A stretch of DNA of 64,000 bases, taken from contig CM082585.2 of assembly GCA_040954595.2 (NCBI GenBank), positions 11,451,451-11,515,450 on the forward strand. The letters are read 5' to 3'. Shown in pieces: positions 40,440-55,500 of the stretch. This stretch comes from Balanoglossus misakiensis (lineage: Eukaryota; Animalia; Hemichordata). A program made the translations under genes and the position numbers. Position 1 is the first letter of the stretch. Each line of letters begins with the position of its first letter. Under the pieces are notes generated by a model. That model made no database searches, was not told the origin of the DNA, and was given only the letters and a program-made list of their open reading frames with translations.

Positions 40440-40675
40440 TCCCAAGCTTCCACTGAACATAAACTTTTGCAATATACAGCGCATAGCTCATAGGAGAACC
40501 GGTCCAATCAGACACTTTGACACATAACTCCCGCCAAAACAACCTAATATGAATACGTGTTAGACGTCGTAATTGGCTAAGGTTTGTGAATGAAAGTTGA
40601 TTTGATATGTTAATATCTATTGTAGGGATAGGTATCTCTATCACGTGACTGCGCTCAAAAGAATGATTGGTTTTA
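40440..40675 (-). promoter_or_regulatory. Putative SoxB2 core/proximal promoter
   Basis: There is an Inr-like TCAGT on the minus strand (40456-40452) with a weak TATA-like TGTATATT about 20 nt upstream. Three CCAAT boxes (40504-40508, 40572-40576, 40666-40670), an E2F-like TTTGGCGGGAG near 40528-40538 and a GTCACGTGA E-box (40641-40649) lie 200-430 nt upstream of the ATG. The TSS is inferred. Confidence 0.55.
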
Positions 40676-41459
40676 ATCGTAATTAAATATATGAAACATT
40701 TATCAGATCAAGATGGCGGTATAGATGAGCCTGAAAGAGACATAAATATGAAGAAATTCATCATATTTTCTAGTATGGATAAGGTTTGTAGTGAAAAATT
40801 ACGCGAGAGTATGGGGTTGGAATTTGCGTGAGAGAATTAAGAGAGTGCGTGAGTTAAGTGACATTATAGTCGAGCTCCAAATTTAGTACACCTCTGTCCA
40901 CGTTTCTGTCGTCTGCCGTCTGTCCATGCTCGTAGTAGTAGTAGTACATTATATATGGTGTGGCTTGTGTCCAAGGGTCGAGCAGTCCGGTATCTCCGCA
41001 GCGATAACGCCGCTTGTTACGGTGGCAATGCTTTTGTTAGTGCTTACTACTTAATATCTCGGCCTTTGTGTGCTTATTGTTAAGCTCCAAGGTGCATATT
41101 TGTTTAAGCGACCATTTGAATAGGTGAATGAGTGTATAGGTTATCGCTCGTTGAAAGGGAGACAATCCAAAATTAAAGGTGAACTACAATCGTTATCACT
41201 TCTGTATTGTTTTCACCCGATAAGATTGTTTTCGCGATCAAATTTGACACGGAGGTCCCACGTGAAATACTGATGTATAATGAACCGTTGCTATGTTTCC
41301 AACGCCGTTTTACTGTGCGCGGAAATATACAACGCCACCACACAAAAAAGGAGAAGAAATCAACAGAGAATGATGCAATTATTATCAACGTCTTGCGCGA
41401 ACGACAAATTTACTCGCGGCCCGGCCTCCGTCATTTTTTTCTCTCAGTTTTCCAGCCGA

Positions 41460-41975
41460 CCGGTGTCATTGTATACAAGGCATTGTGAAAGTGTTGTACA
41501 GAAATCACGGACGCGCACACCGCCTATTATGATAGTGATGAATTTTTCAATGTTGGCGATTTTGCTCACCGATTTCAATTTGCAAATTCATTTTACACGC
41601 CAGACGCACACTATTCATCAGCGGGCTTATAAATGAATAGCATTGTCGCGGACCATATTGAATGAGTACATATTTCTATAGAAAGTCCCAGTGTACAAAC
41701 AAATGCAGCTTATTTCCATTTATCGCCACTATTTTCCGAGATTACAGCAACAATGGGCCTCACCACCACAGTAAACAGAAGCGAAAAGTCAGACCATTAT
41801 CTGATACATAATCTATTACAGTCCATTGTTTAACAACACTTAATGCCTTGTGAATAACTGTTCCAGGCCTGTTTTAGCGATAATAATTTCCTCGCTTTGC
41901 ATTAAGGCCTTTGTCACTGGGAGAAACTGGGAAATAAATCTGCCAAACAACACACAATTGTGAAATGTCAAGGAA
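41460..41975. promoter_or_regulatory. Sox/Fox-site-dense upstream enhancer candidate (possible conserved SoxB2 non-coding element)
   Basis: Sox sites: CATTGT at 41467, 41481 and 41641, AACAATGG at 41749, CCATTGTT at 41823 and CCTTTGT at 41908. Also a forkhead GTAAACA at 41771, the palindrome ATTTGCAAAT at 41578 and several TAAT cores. Confidence 0.55.
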
Positions 41976-44900
41976 CACAGATTGGAAAGAGAGGAAAGTG
42001 TACAATTAACATTAAAACTATTAAAGTAGGATTATTCGCATGTATGTTGGCAAAAATGACGAGAACCGGAAATATAAGAAAAGTGAAAAAAGTAAAGAAT
42101 TCAAAAATTAACCCATCCCGGTTTTTGAATAATTGTTTTCCTTTCTGTAACCATTCATTAAATTTGATTTATTTTGTGTAAAATGGAAAAAAGGGTGAGC
42201 TGTTTCAACCCACAGATGATTGAACTGTCACCATGAAAATGCACACATCTAAAAAATTGATAGATAAAAAAGAAGCAATTTTCTCGCTTTTTTTCAAAGA
42301 TGTGCAAAGAATTAATGAACAAAAATGCATTTTTTCAGTCTAAAGTGTTTAAGAAACTTACACCAATTGTTTTTCGAAAGTGGAGATGTGTTAAGCAACT
42401 TACACCCTGTGAAAGTTGGGGAAAACTCATTTTTTTGGAACCGAAGATTATTAAAATGTATAATTTTGCATTAAAAAAGCACACCTGATAGCATCCATGA
42501 TATATTTACTTGAAAAGTATTATAAATCATGATGCATCATTAAAAAGCCAAGATGAATGGATTTGTGGAACATTTATTTTTACATGGAAATACGAATAAG
42601 ATAAATTTCCCCACTGTTGGCGGTAAATAATATATTTGTCTGTCTTTCTAGAATTACAGTCTGCCATTCTGGCAAATTGAGCAAGGCGGCTTTCCTTATT
42701 CATGTATTAAAAGTCACCTAATATCTTGAATCAAGTTTACACAAGTGAAATTTTTATGATTTAAAAGGAGAAGAAAAAGAGTTGTTGCTGTTGATTTTCT
42801 GTGACTTTTTCTTTCATTTTGTTATCTCGATTTCAACAGGAGTATACTGTGAGTGAATGGAAGATCTGATATTCCCAGCTTATGGAATAGCTCTGAAATT
42901 GACAAATCAAAATAAAGCGATTTGGAGCACGAAGGACATGGCCCGAAGACAAGCCTAAAATATCGTACGTGGAATTAGTGAATTTTACTTGCAAAGCAAA
43001 AAGAATACTAATTATTTACCAGTTTGGGCTAAAAGGGAACTAGACATCAAGTGATCGGAAGACTGCCTGGAGATAAATAGAAATTTTGCATCAACGTGTA
43101 GGCAGGTATTGTATGTCTGTCTATTGTTACACTCTGATGATCAGAAAGTTTCTGTCCCAGTATTAGAATCTATCTTGGTGTTCATAATCAAAGGGGTTTT
43201 GTGCAGGCTATCAGATGAGATGATAAACTGAGTATTGCAACATTGATAGAAAACCTCAGTTAACAGATTTCTCTCCTTCTATTCAGCGGTAAAGAGCTGA
43301 GTGAGAGAAAGCGACCAAAAAAAAAAAAAAAAAAATCAATGTAATGCAACTGTTCCAGAGGGAAGTGGGATTAATTCAAGCTACTGAGTCTTTCCTATCA
43401 AAGCGCTCATTTTTAAGACTGAATTATTGATAGAGAGAGGAAAAGTAGAAAGAGACTGACAGCAAATTTGGATATTTCACGGAATATTAAGTTGAATGGG
43501 GCTTTGATAAGATAAGAAAGTGAATTTAGATGTTGATAGTGTATAATGGCTGACCAGACTATATTGCTATATCAGCTGAGAGGAAACATTGCAAATTCTA
43601 CATAGTAGATATACATCATCTCACACTATGCCACGGACTCAATGTTATCTGAGGAAATTGAATTAGAATACCGTACCTGGTGATTTCGCTCACATATTCC
43701 GTTTTGTGGTTTCTCATCTTATCTCCCTATATTTTTCTCTCTCATCCCAATATCATCCAAATTAAGTGTACATTAGAATGATTGTTATCATGTGTCTCAT
43801 TCACGGTTAGGCGATATCAGCGTACAAGTGTTTAAAACTGTCACTTTTTTTACTGTCTGATATTTATTTTTCACTTAGAAATCATGAAATCAATGCAATT
43901 TGTAAAAAAAAAAAAATTTTTTTATTTCTGAAGTGAGAAGTCTTACCCTAGTGACACTGTAGCTGAGAAACTGGACACAAAGATGAGAATACATTACTTT
44001 TGAAGACCGGGATTTCTACCGGCATTTATCACTGAAAAGTATGTATTGAAGAATTTTTATTTAAATTATGCAGATATAGGTTCTGAGAAATGTTTTACAT
44101 ACTTGCTTTAAAAATGACAAATCTATCATTCTGTTGCCATAGAAACTCACTTGCACTAACTCCTAGGATGTGAAATTCATCCCTGACTGTTAAAGTTGTA
44201 CTTGTCCATAATAATGCAATAATCAAAACATCTTGTACTCTATTATTTGCTATTAATGATACACCTGTATCAAGTATATACCATGCATGTTATTCTGCAA
44301 ACACTGACATCATGGCCTATTTTCTCAAAGTATAGATTTTCCAATACCTTCTGTTTTTAACACAATTCTGTCATTAGAAAGCCTGTAAGGGTTTTGATTG
44401 CCGGTCTCAAAAACTTACTTAGTGCATCGACAGTTGTTTTTCTCGGTTCCGTTCAATATTTCTTCTCAGCTTCACTGACATTTATACTTTCACCCATCTG
44501 TCTCCCCTCCATCTACAAAATAAACAGTTTCGTTGGTATTGACTTTTTCGACCGTGACATTTCCCCTGTAGTTGTAGTTGTAGAGTGTTTCAGTTAACTT
44601 TTTTTTGAATTCATTTCTTTCCCTGCAAGAGCTGTGAGGATCCAGTAGTGTCTGTCGGCTAGTGTCAGGTATGATGGATGTTTTGTGTGTTTATCGAGAC
44701 TCTCTGATAAGCTTAACTAAACCGAGGTGAGAAGCATGGTACAATTGGAGCTTTATGTTTACCCTCCCAAGGTCAAGGCGGCCTGCCCTCATACCTCAGT
44801 TGCTAGCAACAATGCGTGGCCGAATTCTGAAGCACACAGCTGACCGGCCCGCCCTGTGCTTATATGCACTAGTGGAATGCAAATACCATAATTTTGCTGG

Positions 44901-47900
44901 TGAGGTCTTGCGTCATGTCAAGAAATCAAAACACGCCGCGATTCTCGCCCGACAAAGATACAACTCCCCCCTGCGTCACCGCAAAATATAATGTATTACA
45001 CCTGCATTTTCTGGTTTTGTCTCCCCACGACACTTTCAAAACCGATGAATCTGCGATTTGATGCAATAATTTAATAATTTTATTCATTATCTAGTTTAGC
45101 TGGTTTAGGTGCCATGTTTGTTTTGGTTTAACATTCACATGGTGCGTAGCATATATAATATGTTGCTGTCTACAGCCCTTTATATATCTTATTCACTCAT
45201 TGTTGAGTTTTGTCATATGGTAATTGGTATGGGTGGGCATGTTTAGATTTTCTTAATTTTTCAAATTCAAAAATTTCAATCAAAACTGTAGATGAAGGTC
45301 ATGTTGGATGTAATTGTCTTTGTGATCGACACCACATTCTAGTCATAAAAAGCATATTGTAGGTACTGTATAGACTGTACTCAGTAATGTTACAAAATCC
45401 AGTCATGGCTATAACTCAAATTAAAACTTACACAATCGTTCTTAAAAAGCAAAGGGAAAACTTGTTTTCAATAAATTGACTTTGGTTATGTAAAGTAAAA
45501 CTAATTTTTCCCTTGTGTCAGTTGAGATAAAATAAATAGCATACCCAACAAAATATAGAAACAAATTGTTTGTTTGGTCATCTTAAATAATACATTTCCA
45601 TGGCAATACTCCCAAACAGAAAGGTGATGAATGTACTATTTTCCAAATTTAACTTTTGTCGGTGTTAAATTTAGATCGCAAGTCGAGATGAAATAACTGT
45701 TGCTAAATGTGTGAGTCTGATGTGTTCGCACCTTTAATGAGTTTGGAGCTTCGGCATAGTGCGATTGTTCACAAGGGAAAATAAAAACAGTTATTCTGGG
45801 TTGAAGGTATCGATGTTGCTGGTAATGATTGTGTGCGAGCTAACCTCTTTTCTCCAATCAGTGAGAAACGGGTGTCATTTTCCCCTGGTTTGGTTTATCG
45901 TGGCGTTTGGACGCAATCAATGATGAATAGGGGTCGCATTCGTCAAGCAACAAAATCTCAACCACGTCGCGCGCACACACACACACGCACGCACAGACCG
46001 TAACTGAAGACCTGCTTTCATTCGCCCAATCCGTGTGAATAATACCAACTCTGAATGAACCTGTACAATTCATTTGTAATGTTTAAATTAGAAGAAAGGA
46101 AGTGTGAATGGAGACCCACCTTTGGCCTCGGTGAGGGGTAATTTAACATTAAATGCAGGAAAATTGAAATAGTAGCCTTCCTGATGAGACTGTAACAGAG
46201 CCCTGCATTGTGTAATCACTCTTTTTTCATTCTCTTTTATACTTTTTTGTGCTACAAGAAACTACTTTTGTCCATCACCAATTTCTGTAAATTGACCTCA
46301 CGTCTCTTCTCGCTGTATTCTTGGAGAACTCTCCACTGGTTTTTCACCGCGATATTTCAAGTAAATTTGACCCTTTTTTTCGCGGATACGTCTATATAGT
46401 TCGTTTATACTGCGACTGTAATGAGCTCACTATATATACAGAAGATGAAGAAGAAGGCTTATTTTTCCATTCACTGAAAGATGCAATAATTTGTCTCGCT
46501 TTTTATCCACCACGGTCTCCAGCTCGTTTTTTCTGCGGGAAAAGTGTTGCAAAAAGGTTCCCTGTAATATGTCTTTAAATAAAGTTGATAATGTTTTCTG
46601 GGGCATTGCTTCCAGTCAAGCTCAGAATGCACAGCAACTGTGTTTTGACTCCGAGGACCGAAAAAAGAATTGTCACACACCCAATTACTCTGTCTTTGCC
46701 CCAAGAAGTCTAATTATTTCCAAAACTTGATCAAAAGTTCCACGGCAAAGTTCTTTTCTCCCAAAGATGATGAACACAGAGCTATTTTTGGGGGTACAAT
46801 GCACTCCTGAAATTTAATACAGTATTTTCATTTTCATGATGCTGAGGAAGACGATTTCTTTGTGACTGCCACGGGCCAAGAACTAATTAAATTTATCTGC
46901 TTTTGGTGCCAAGTTTCCCATGTCAGTGATAATCACTACATGTCTGTTGTGATTTCGACAATAATGTGGTTGTTTCTAAAGATAAAATGAGAAAACGGAT
47001 TTGCAAATTCATGGAAACAACATAATCTAGGAAAAATAATGGCTTTAACTTTCTGTTTCAGATATTTACAGGGATGAAAGCTGTAACTCTATCATTTTTC
47101 AGTATTTTGATGCTCTAACTCACCATGTACTTAAAGGGGGGGGGGGGGGGGGTTCAGTCTTTCTGAATTTTCCTTATGTGCTAGCTTTGGGTTCAGTTGT
47201 TCAGGAAAAACATACAATGTTCAATTGACCTTTCCATGCCCAGCATGCATTGCAGCAAAGTCAGGCAGTTATAAAGCTTTTCTTGGTCGATAATAAGTTG
47301 TGTCCATTGCATTGTGGGTGTAGCTATGAAGACAGTGGTTGCATTTAAAAGATGTCCGGTCTTGGAATAAACTTATCGACTTGCCAGATATTTGTAGATT
47401 TGGAGCGAATGAGAAAGAGATTGGGGATTTGTGAAATCGGTGTGAAGGTGGCAGCCATTTTGTTTGAAAAGGTGTCCACTTCTACTGCTTGCATGGTCTG
47501 AAAAAAGCGTGTACATTGAAAGGATTGAAACTTGTGAAGAAATTTCAGTTTAGGGGATTTTCATAATAGAAATATCAATGAAGGCTGAAATATTACTTCA
47601 GTATGTTTTAAGATCTGGTTCACAACAAATGCTTTAACAATTAATGCACCACTTTGGAATATTGGGTCAATCCATATCTTGCAGTCAGCCTGTGAATTTG
47701 TCAAAATTAATCTTTGAATTGTAGTCAGAATTCAAATGCTCTGTTGCTGGCAGTTTTAAAAAAAGAAGAAACGTTTTTTGTCATTGTTGAATGAGATGGT
47801 AGTGGAAAAAAGAAGTAATTCCAATGAAAGATTTTCAACCCTTTGGGGCATGAACACACTTCACAATGAAGGCCGTGCATACGACACAAAATCATGTTTC

Positions 47901-50900
47901 ATTATTGTCATTTATTGCCATATTTCAAGTCCAAAGGCGGAGAGGGGGATAAGAAAGGCAACAAAAGAAGCCAGAACTTGCCCCGAGAAAGGTGATTTCA
48001 TGACTTTTGTTGTGATCGTGGCGGCGAGAGAAAGAAAGGAGAAAAGAGATGTGTGCTCAAATTGGCAAAATTTTCTTCAGTGCTTTTGTGGAAAATATCT
48101 TTGTCAGTGCTGTGTGGATGAATGACAAAAAATTGCAGGGTGTAAAGAAAATCTAGAAAGGGGACTTTTTTGATTGCATCATCAGATTACTTTTTGTTGG
48201 TCAGAATTGCGATTTGATTTACGTGTCATACGAACAGTGAATAGTCTTGAGATGGGAAGAACCCAGATAATAACAAAATTACCCCTGTGCAATTTTGAAA
48301 ATCGCATGACTGTTCTATTGAATTTTACATCTTATTCAAACCAATTTGAGAGAGAAATTATCGTGTTTGTGAGCTGCGATTTTTCTTGAGCGTACAGGTG
48401 TCGTCTTACCATCAAACATTTTTCATTTTGGGAAAAGCGTTCAAATTTTAACTTGTAAAAGACCAACAACCCTATATCCTCAAAAGAAAGCACCTGGTTG
48501 CCCCGTGAGTGGATTATGTTGCTTTCTTCAACCAATCACAGTGTTTGTTTCATTTTTGTATGTGTATGTGCAAAACAAATCAAACTTGTTCATTGATACA
48601 GTACCAAGAATGATACTTTTTGGCTGGTAATCTTATCCAAATTCTGGTTTCATAGGAACAGAAAAGCAAAAGTCCAGTTTGAAGCTTTATAAAAACATCA
48701 TTCAGCATTGCCCTGAAACCATCATAACTCCTATTTTTTTGAAGAATGATAAATAAATAATAGATAATCGTATTTCGCAAATTACATTTATCACCGCTGA
48801 AAAGTCCTGACGCAGTGAGGGAATTTGGTTTGAACAGATGGAACAAAGTCCCAGTATTGATGGGAGAATTCATGTTTGACATTTATCGCGTAAATGCATA
48901 ATATAATCTGAAAGAAGACTATAACAGTATTTCTCTTTGGTTGTTTACTTTTGGTGTATGGAAGATTGTTGATCGGATAACATCTAAAGAAGATAAAGGT
49001 AGTGAATCCTGGCCATTTTGACGCCCTTTGAGTGGCAACAAATGATTGGTGCTTTCAGTTCATACATCAGGATAATAAAATATGGAGTGAAAGAGAGAAA
49101 AATCTGATATGAAAAGAGGCTTAGTGAATCAGGGATTATAGGCCTCATTTGGTACAACAGGTGGCGGGACACTTAATAGTGTTAAGGGCAGCCTGTAACA
49201 AAAGTGACGAAACAGCAACATATGGAATTTCTGTCAAAGTCTCTGATTGATAGAGCCAACTTTTGTGAAAGGGACAAGTTTTGTCAACTTTATTGTCAGG
49301 GGGAGAGAAAAAAGCAGTCGCTTACGGATAGATGTGTGAACTAGTGTGTGCCGGTTGTCTATATCACACAGCTTGTGATTGCAATGAAGTCTCTCTACCC
49401 CCCCCCCCCCCCACGCAATTCTGTGCGTGAATCGTCTGTGATATCCAGCGTCTACTCAGACATGAATGGTAGACGCATCACAGACGCCATCCAAATCATC
49501 TTGTAAATAATACAATATGTGTGAACAACTTTGTAATAATTTGTCGATAATGCCTTGTGTACGAGAGATTCAGAACACCAATCCGCCATTATAAACTGCC
49601 AGTTATAATCTAGTATTAGTTTTTGTATCTGAGTTTTGCCTCCTATTTGTGTGTCGTCTTTGAAATGTTGCTCATGAATGCTACTGATCAAAATACTGGT
49701 AATAATTTTTCGTTTATCAGCCTTCCTTTAAACATTAGTAATGCAATTTGAGCTCTGGGATTCACCAACAGTATTTCTTTGGTGAAAAGTTTCTTACTTT
49801 ATGTTTTAGTTCTGTCATCTCTGCTTGATGACAAATAATAAAGTGAGATTATTAGACATAGAATTTTCTGAGTCTGGCAAAAGATGGGTTACAAGACTGA
49901 CTATGACTCTTGACTTTTGTCAAATTTTCATGAATTGCTCCACCCTGAGGGCAACGTTACATACAACAAAGTTGGTTCATTCGTCAGAGGTTTTCTGTCC
50001 AGATTTCGCATCATCAGTCGTTGTATGTCAAGGGTTGAAATATTCATGACAAGGTCAAATGAAAAAATCTCCAAATTTCCCCCTTTGGGCATTCTTCAAA
50101 TTTGATGACAATAGCCACTGTGATTATGTTGTCTATTTGCATGGCAACCAGGTACTTTTCCATGACGGCAATTACATCGCTATAGTAACAGTGTTTTTGC
50201 AGATTGTCTTTTTTTTTCTCTTCCATCTGATCTGGATGAGCCATTCCGCAGAAGTCTTGATTACTGCAACCCCATTCCCTGTGCAGAATCATGGGAAAGG
50301 GCTATTCCCATTGGTTGACAGTGTTTATGGAATTTCCCTGGTAACTGTGACATGTGTTAGTGAACTGAGTTCTCCGTCAATGGGAGAAAAAACTTGCGTT
50401 AGGATACAGTGAGCCAAGTGCTTTTTTTTTCGTCAATTGTAGACCTGAAGAGGAAATTACTCTCATTACAAGAAGTTCTTTTGAGACATAGTGCAAGCTT
50501 CATAATTTGAAGCTGTTTCCTTTTCAAATACTTGTAAGTCAGAGTGCGACAATGATACGATAGTGCGATTTTTTTCTTGAAACTTTATCGGCTGTGAAAA
50601 AAAAATTGCCCACTATGTTTTGTAAGTCGGCGATTTAATTGTGCTCGAATGATTGTCGACAAGAGGGGAATAGAGCTTTTCGCTGAAAAGTTTCTTTGGA
50701 ATCTTGTCTGCATATCTTCAATCTTGTTGAGTGAGGATATGGAATTCATCTTTGAATGCAGGTTTGTCTGCGACGCAAAGGAGGTTTCAATGGTGGGCAT
50801 CCGAGCAGATAAGGAGTGCTATCTGTTGTTGAAAGAACTTCAGCGTCGCATAAACCCGAATGAATGTAATGAAAAAGAAACAGATTTTCAATGAAACCTA

Positions 50901-52348
50901 AGTGTTCCAATGAGATCATATCAGCGAATAATTTTCTGATAATTCGACTCGTCCGTGAATGAGGTGAACTCTCTGATTCATTCATAATGACCAGTGTCAT
51001 TTTCCATGGCAGATTGAACTCTTTTGTGTCCCCCTAGTTTCAATTATTCACCCTTCCACGAAGGGGGAGAAAAATTCATCCGACTGCAGTAATAATCCTA
51101 CTTGCCATTTTGTCGTTTTCACGTGGCAAAACTAGTCAAAAGGCGAGAGACGACGGCGGGTTGTATTGAAAAGAAAAACTTGTCGAAGATTGGTCCAACT
51201 CGTCTTAATAATCCCATTTTAAGAAGCTGTATGAAAGAAGACTCCTGCGTGATAGAAGTCAGACTATGACAATAGCATCAAGGTGTCATACGCAATCAGT
51301 GAAGCTGTACACCTCTGATTAGTCATATAAGTAATCATTTTTTACGGTTTCTTTGTGATGGCTTAGATGCGCCACTTTTGTAATATGCAAACCCTCTCCC
51401 GTACTCTGATGATCTTTGTTGGGCACGATTGCAAACCAAGGAATCGATTGATAAAAAAAAGGGATTACAACTTCCCAAGCCAATATGGACACAGATCAAA
51501 TCGCAAACAGCCATTGTCACATTCCTGATAATCGACCTTTAAGTACGGAGAATTCTAAAAAAAAAACTTATTCCTCAATTCGATCTGATGGTGTGAAATT
51601 TTCAGGAAACAGAAATGAGATCGGTGATTATTATGACGAAAAGCTGCTGCTTTCCATCATGGAAGTAATTGATTGGTCATATTGCAACTTTACGGTTTCG
51701 AGTTTAGTCTTGTGGTGTGTGTAATTTTATATTTCAGAGAAATCTTTTTCTCGTGTATCATGCACTTGTAGCTGTTGTGTCTCAAATACTGTATCTCCCT
51801 TTTGTTGTGTTGTGTGTCGTCATGGTTGAGATTCACAATTTCTGAAGGTTCTCTGTATAATTACCTCCATTTCCGAGAAATTGGCTGATGACACCTTCGA
51901 CATATCACTCCTCAGAGTCTTTGTCAGTCCTTGTAACACCGTAACTGCTCCTTCCAACACTTGTACACACAAAAAAGGTTTCACTTTTTGTTCGTCTTTT
52001 CAATAGTTCTTCCAATCTGCCAGTTCAGTTTGGACTTGGGTGGATCATAGCCTTTTCAGTAAGTCATGCAACTCACAAAAACTCTCTCCAAATTACACAC
52101 CCTTGAAAAATATACATACCTGTGAATGAAGCATGAAGTGGGTGTCCTTAAACAGTGATTACAAACACGTGTGGAGAAGTGCTTCAGTGTAATTTTGATG
52201 GTTTACTTCAAAGTGTAAACTTGTTGAAGTAGTTGGAGAGAGCTCACTGAAATATTGTCCGTGTTGAAAAAAATAACAGAATGATGATGTGCACAAGACA
52301 GAAAACTACACTGAGTCTTTGAAACTCACACACAATATATTTGTTCAA

Positions 52349-52500
52349 GGGACTTTCCCAAACTGGCCTTTAAAGACAGGTGGCCATTATATAGAGGTTA
52401 ATTAACACACATGTGAATTGAGGGACTGTAACAAAGTGGCCACTATATAGAGGTGACCGCTATATAGGGGTGGCCACTAATTAACAGGGGTTTGACTGTA
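52349..52500. mobile_element. Right end of a Tc1/mariner-type MITE
   Basis: The segment ends in GGTTTGACTGTA (TA + CAGTCAAACC read inward) and carries about 18-bp subterminal repeats GGTGGCC..TATATAGAGG. Confidence 0.75.
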
Positions 52501-55500
52501 TTTTGTTTGGTGTTCTGCAAATTACGAGAGCTGTATGAGGTTTTCTCTTTTTCTGTAAGTTCACTGTTCCTTAAAGGAAAACATTTGGACGTATTCTCTA
52601 ATACTCGATTAACACGTTCAAGGGGGATTGAAAAAAGATGGTATTGATTTACAAGGACACCTCAGAGAATGACTTTTTCAAAATAAAAGTCACATGAAAC
52701 ATGACATGATTATGCCTGGAAGTCATATTGAAGGCTTACTGACAAAAGAAACAAATTAAAAAGTAAAATTCTAATCAAAAGACTGCTTGTCTCTTTTTGT
52801 TAAAGATAACAAAAGAGAAAATATGGGGGCTTTCTTGTTTTTTAATTTCTATTCAAGACATTCACACGACTCAGCATGGCGTCTCCTAAAATCGCCATTA
52901 AATGTTTAATATTGCTGCAGCATCGTTCTAGGTGTATTATTTTGTGTTGGTAGTTATTGTTCGCTTATACGTTTACCGGCAGTTTCGCACAAAGACTTGA
53001 AAAGCTTGATGCAGAGGAAATGTGAACTTCTGAATCGACTATGATTGCACCTCTGTGTGGCTCATCAGATATTTCTTTGTTTCAAAAATATTTAAAAAAA
53101 GAGGCAGCATTTTCAGAAAATCAAATATGAACTGAAGGGAGATAACAAACAAAAAGAAAATATATATGCCATTTTTTTTTCAAAAATGGCCACGCAGTTC
53201 ACCTCATGGTCCGGGAATCTGCAAAGCCAAACTGGCACATTAATAAATACAGTTTGAAGCCAAATTTCATATGTAGTTTGAGTAACATACATGTGATGTG
53301 AGTTTTATTCGTTTGTATGTGAAACTCTGTGACGTGGATCATTTCATGTTGATATTTTTTCCCAGGAAATTGCCAGTTTCGTTGCCTTTTGTGATTGTCA
53401 GGAACCTTTTAACACGTACTGCACAAAACAAGATATTTTTACTCGGAAAGCAAGGAAATAGACCCTAGGAGGAAGTGTTATTTCCAGTGGTTTCTGAATA
53501 AGGCTACTTGAGTTCCAACAGAGGAACTCAAAGAGACCCTTTCACCCCTGTTTTCAAGTGCACAAATCCAGTCCTTACGTGGGAAACACCAGGGTCTCAC
53601 CACAGCTTAGAGGTGAAATAGGGTACATCTCAAAACTGTGGCTGCTACCAATTCATGCAGCACTTGAAAACTACTTAAAGCCACCCATGCCATCTCAACA
53701 AAAAAAGTCTGACTCAGGCATAAGATTGAACGCACTCCCAGATATTTCCCACAATGCACTTTGGTGAGCTACACAACCAGTATGCTTGCAAAATCAACAT
53801 CTCAGAAGAATTGTTTTCAAGAGATTTAAATTGACTCATTTCTCATCATAATCAATCTAAACTTAAAGAGTGATGCATATGAATCAGTTTACCACAGAAG
53901 TCATGCTCTCAAAGTCGTTTTGAAATATTGAAAATGAAAATTCTCATTCCATCAACACGGTCAACATCCGAGATGATGTTCAGTTTAGTTGCCTTTGGAA
54001 GAATGTTTTATGGATGGTTGCACACAGTTTGTTCAATTTCGTAACTAAACTTTCAAAAATACATGTAAACTGTAAGTCAAAGCTTTTTACTCGTTTGCTA
54101 TTGAGTAAGGATATTGGAAAAACTTGGCAGGGGGAACAAGTTGCCTTGAGAGTGTGGCAGACGCCCGGAGTACATTGATGCGATTTCAATTAAAAATACT
54201 TTCCTCATTGATACGCCAAAAATGATGTCATCGATTGAACAAGCAGGGTATTTGAGATGATCAAAAAAAATCAATCTGGCAGGGGCTTTTAATACATTGA
54301 TGTGAACATGGCGATCTATACAATGCTGGTGAGGCATTTTCTAAAGAAGAAATCACCGCTGTAGCTCGCGATAATCAAAACTTGTGTTAGTTTTGGCGAT
54401 CAATACGACACTGAATGTAGACAAGCTTTGGAGAAAAAAAATAGCCAGAGTTGAATTGACTCTTTCTACTGTTTGCCATTTTTATTCCTGCCGCTTTTCC
54501 TGATGATTGTGAGCGCGACAATGCATGTATTGCCGAGTCTATTTGCCCCACTATTCACTCCGATCTCGGTAATGATCACCATTTTCAATATTCCCGTTGT
54601 TTGAGCTATGGGTCTCAAATAGAAGCTATCAGCAAGACTGAATACATCTTTTGTCACATGCCTTTCCTGCCATCATATGGCATTCATCGCCACAATAAGC
54701 CAGTCAACCAAACCTTCAATGGGAGGTAATGCACATAATTTATTTTCAAAACACTGAGTACGGTGTGGGTACGAATTAAAGCGCTGTGACAAAGATGGTG
54801 CAATTCGCGCTCGTCAAAGAGCATGTATAGAGAGGTATCAGGGTATGAAAGTCATATTATGATACCCGGTTTCCTGAAATCTCGGCAGGTAAATTGGGCG
54901 GCTGCTCTCGTTTTGTTAACGAAGTCGATCTACGACTCATGATTGTTCAGTCGCGCTCTTGTAGATGTCTTCACGGGAGGTTAAACTGTGCCCTGAAAGG
55001 CTTGACAGAGAGAGAGAGTCAGTCAGACAGATAGTCAGACATGCACGTATACACACACGTGTGCGCGTGCGTGTCCACGTTTGTTCTATCGTGATGTTTT
55101 GTGTCATTGACAGTCGTGAGTGTGAATGGCAATGGGTTAGTCGTTTGATTTCAGTAACTGCTCGTGGTGTATAAGATGCGTGATTATCACCCAACAAAGG
55201 GCAGATTCACCAAGCGAAGTGGGCTTAATTTAATTCTGTTTCTTCAAACGAACTGGGTGATTCAGGCCCACAATTAGCGCTACCGATGCTTCCACAATTA
55301 GAGTTCCGTGTCTGTGGACACTGCTGCTTATTGACAGGTCGCAGTCCTTTTTTTTTTCATCTTTCCTCACAAAGCATTGTGAAGTTGACAAAATTCAACC
55401 AAAGGACAAGATTCAATGAGGAGTTCTCCATGAACAAAAGTTTTCAAAAACACACAAAGAACTATTCATTCGCCCCGCATCAAATTTTTTGCCTGAATAA

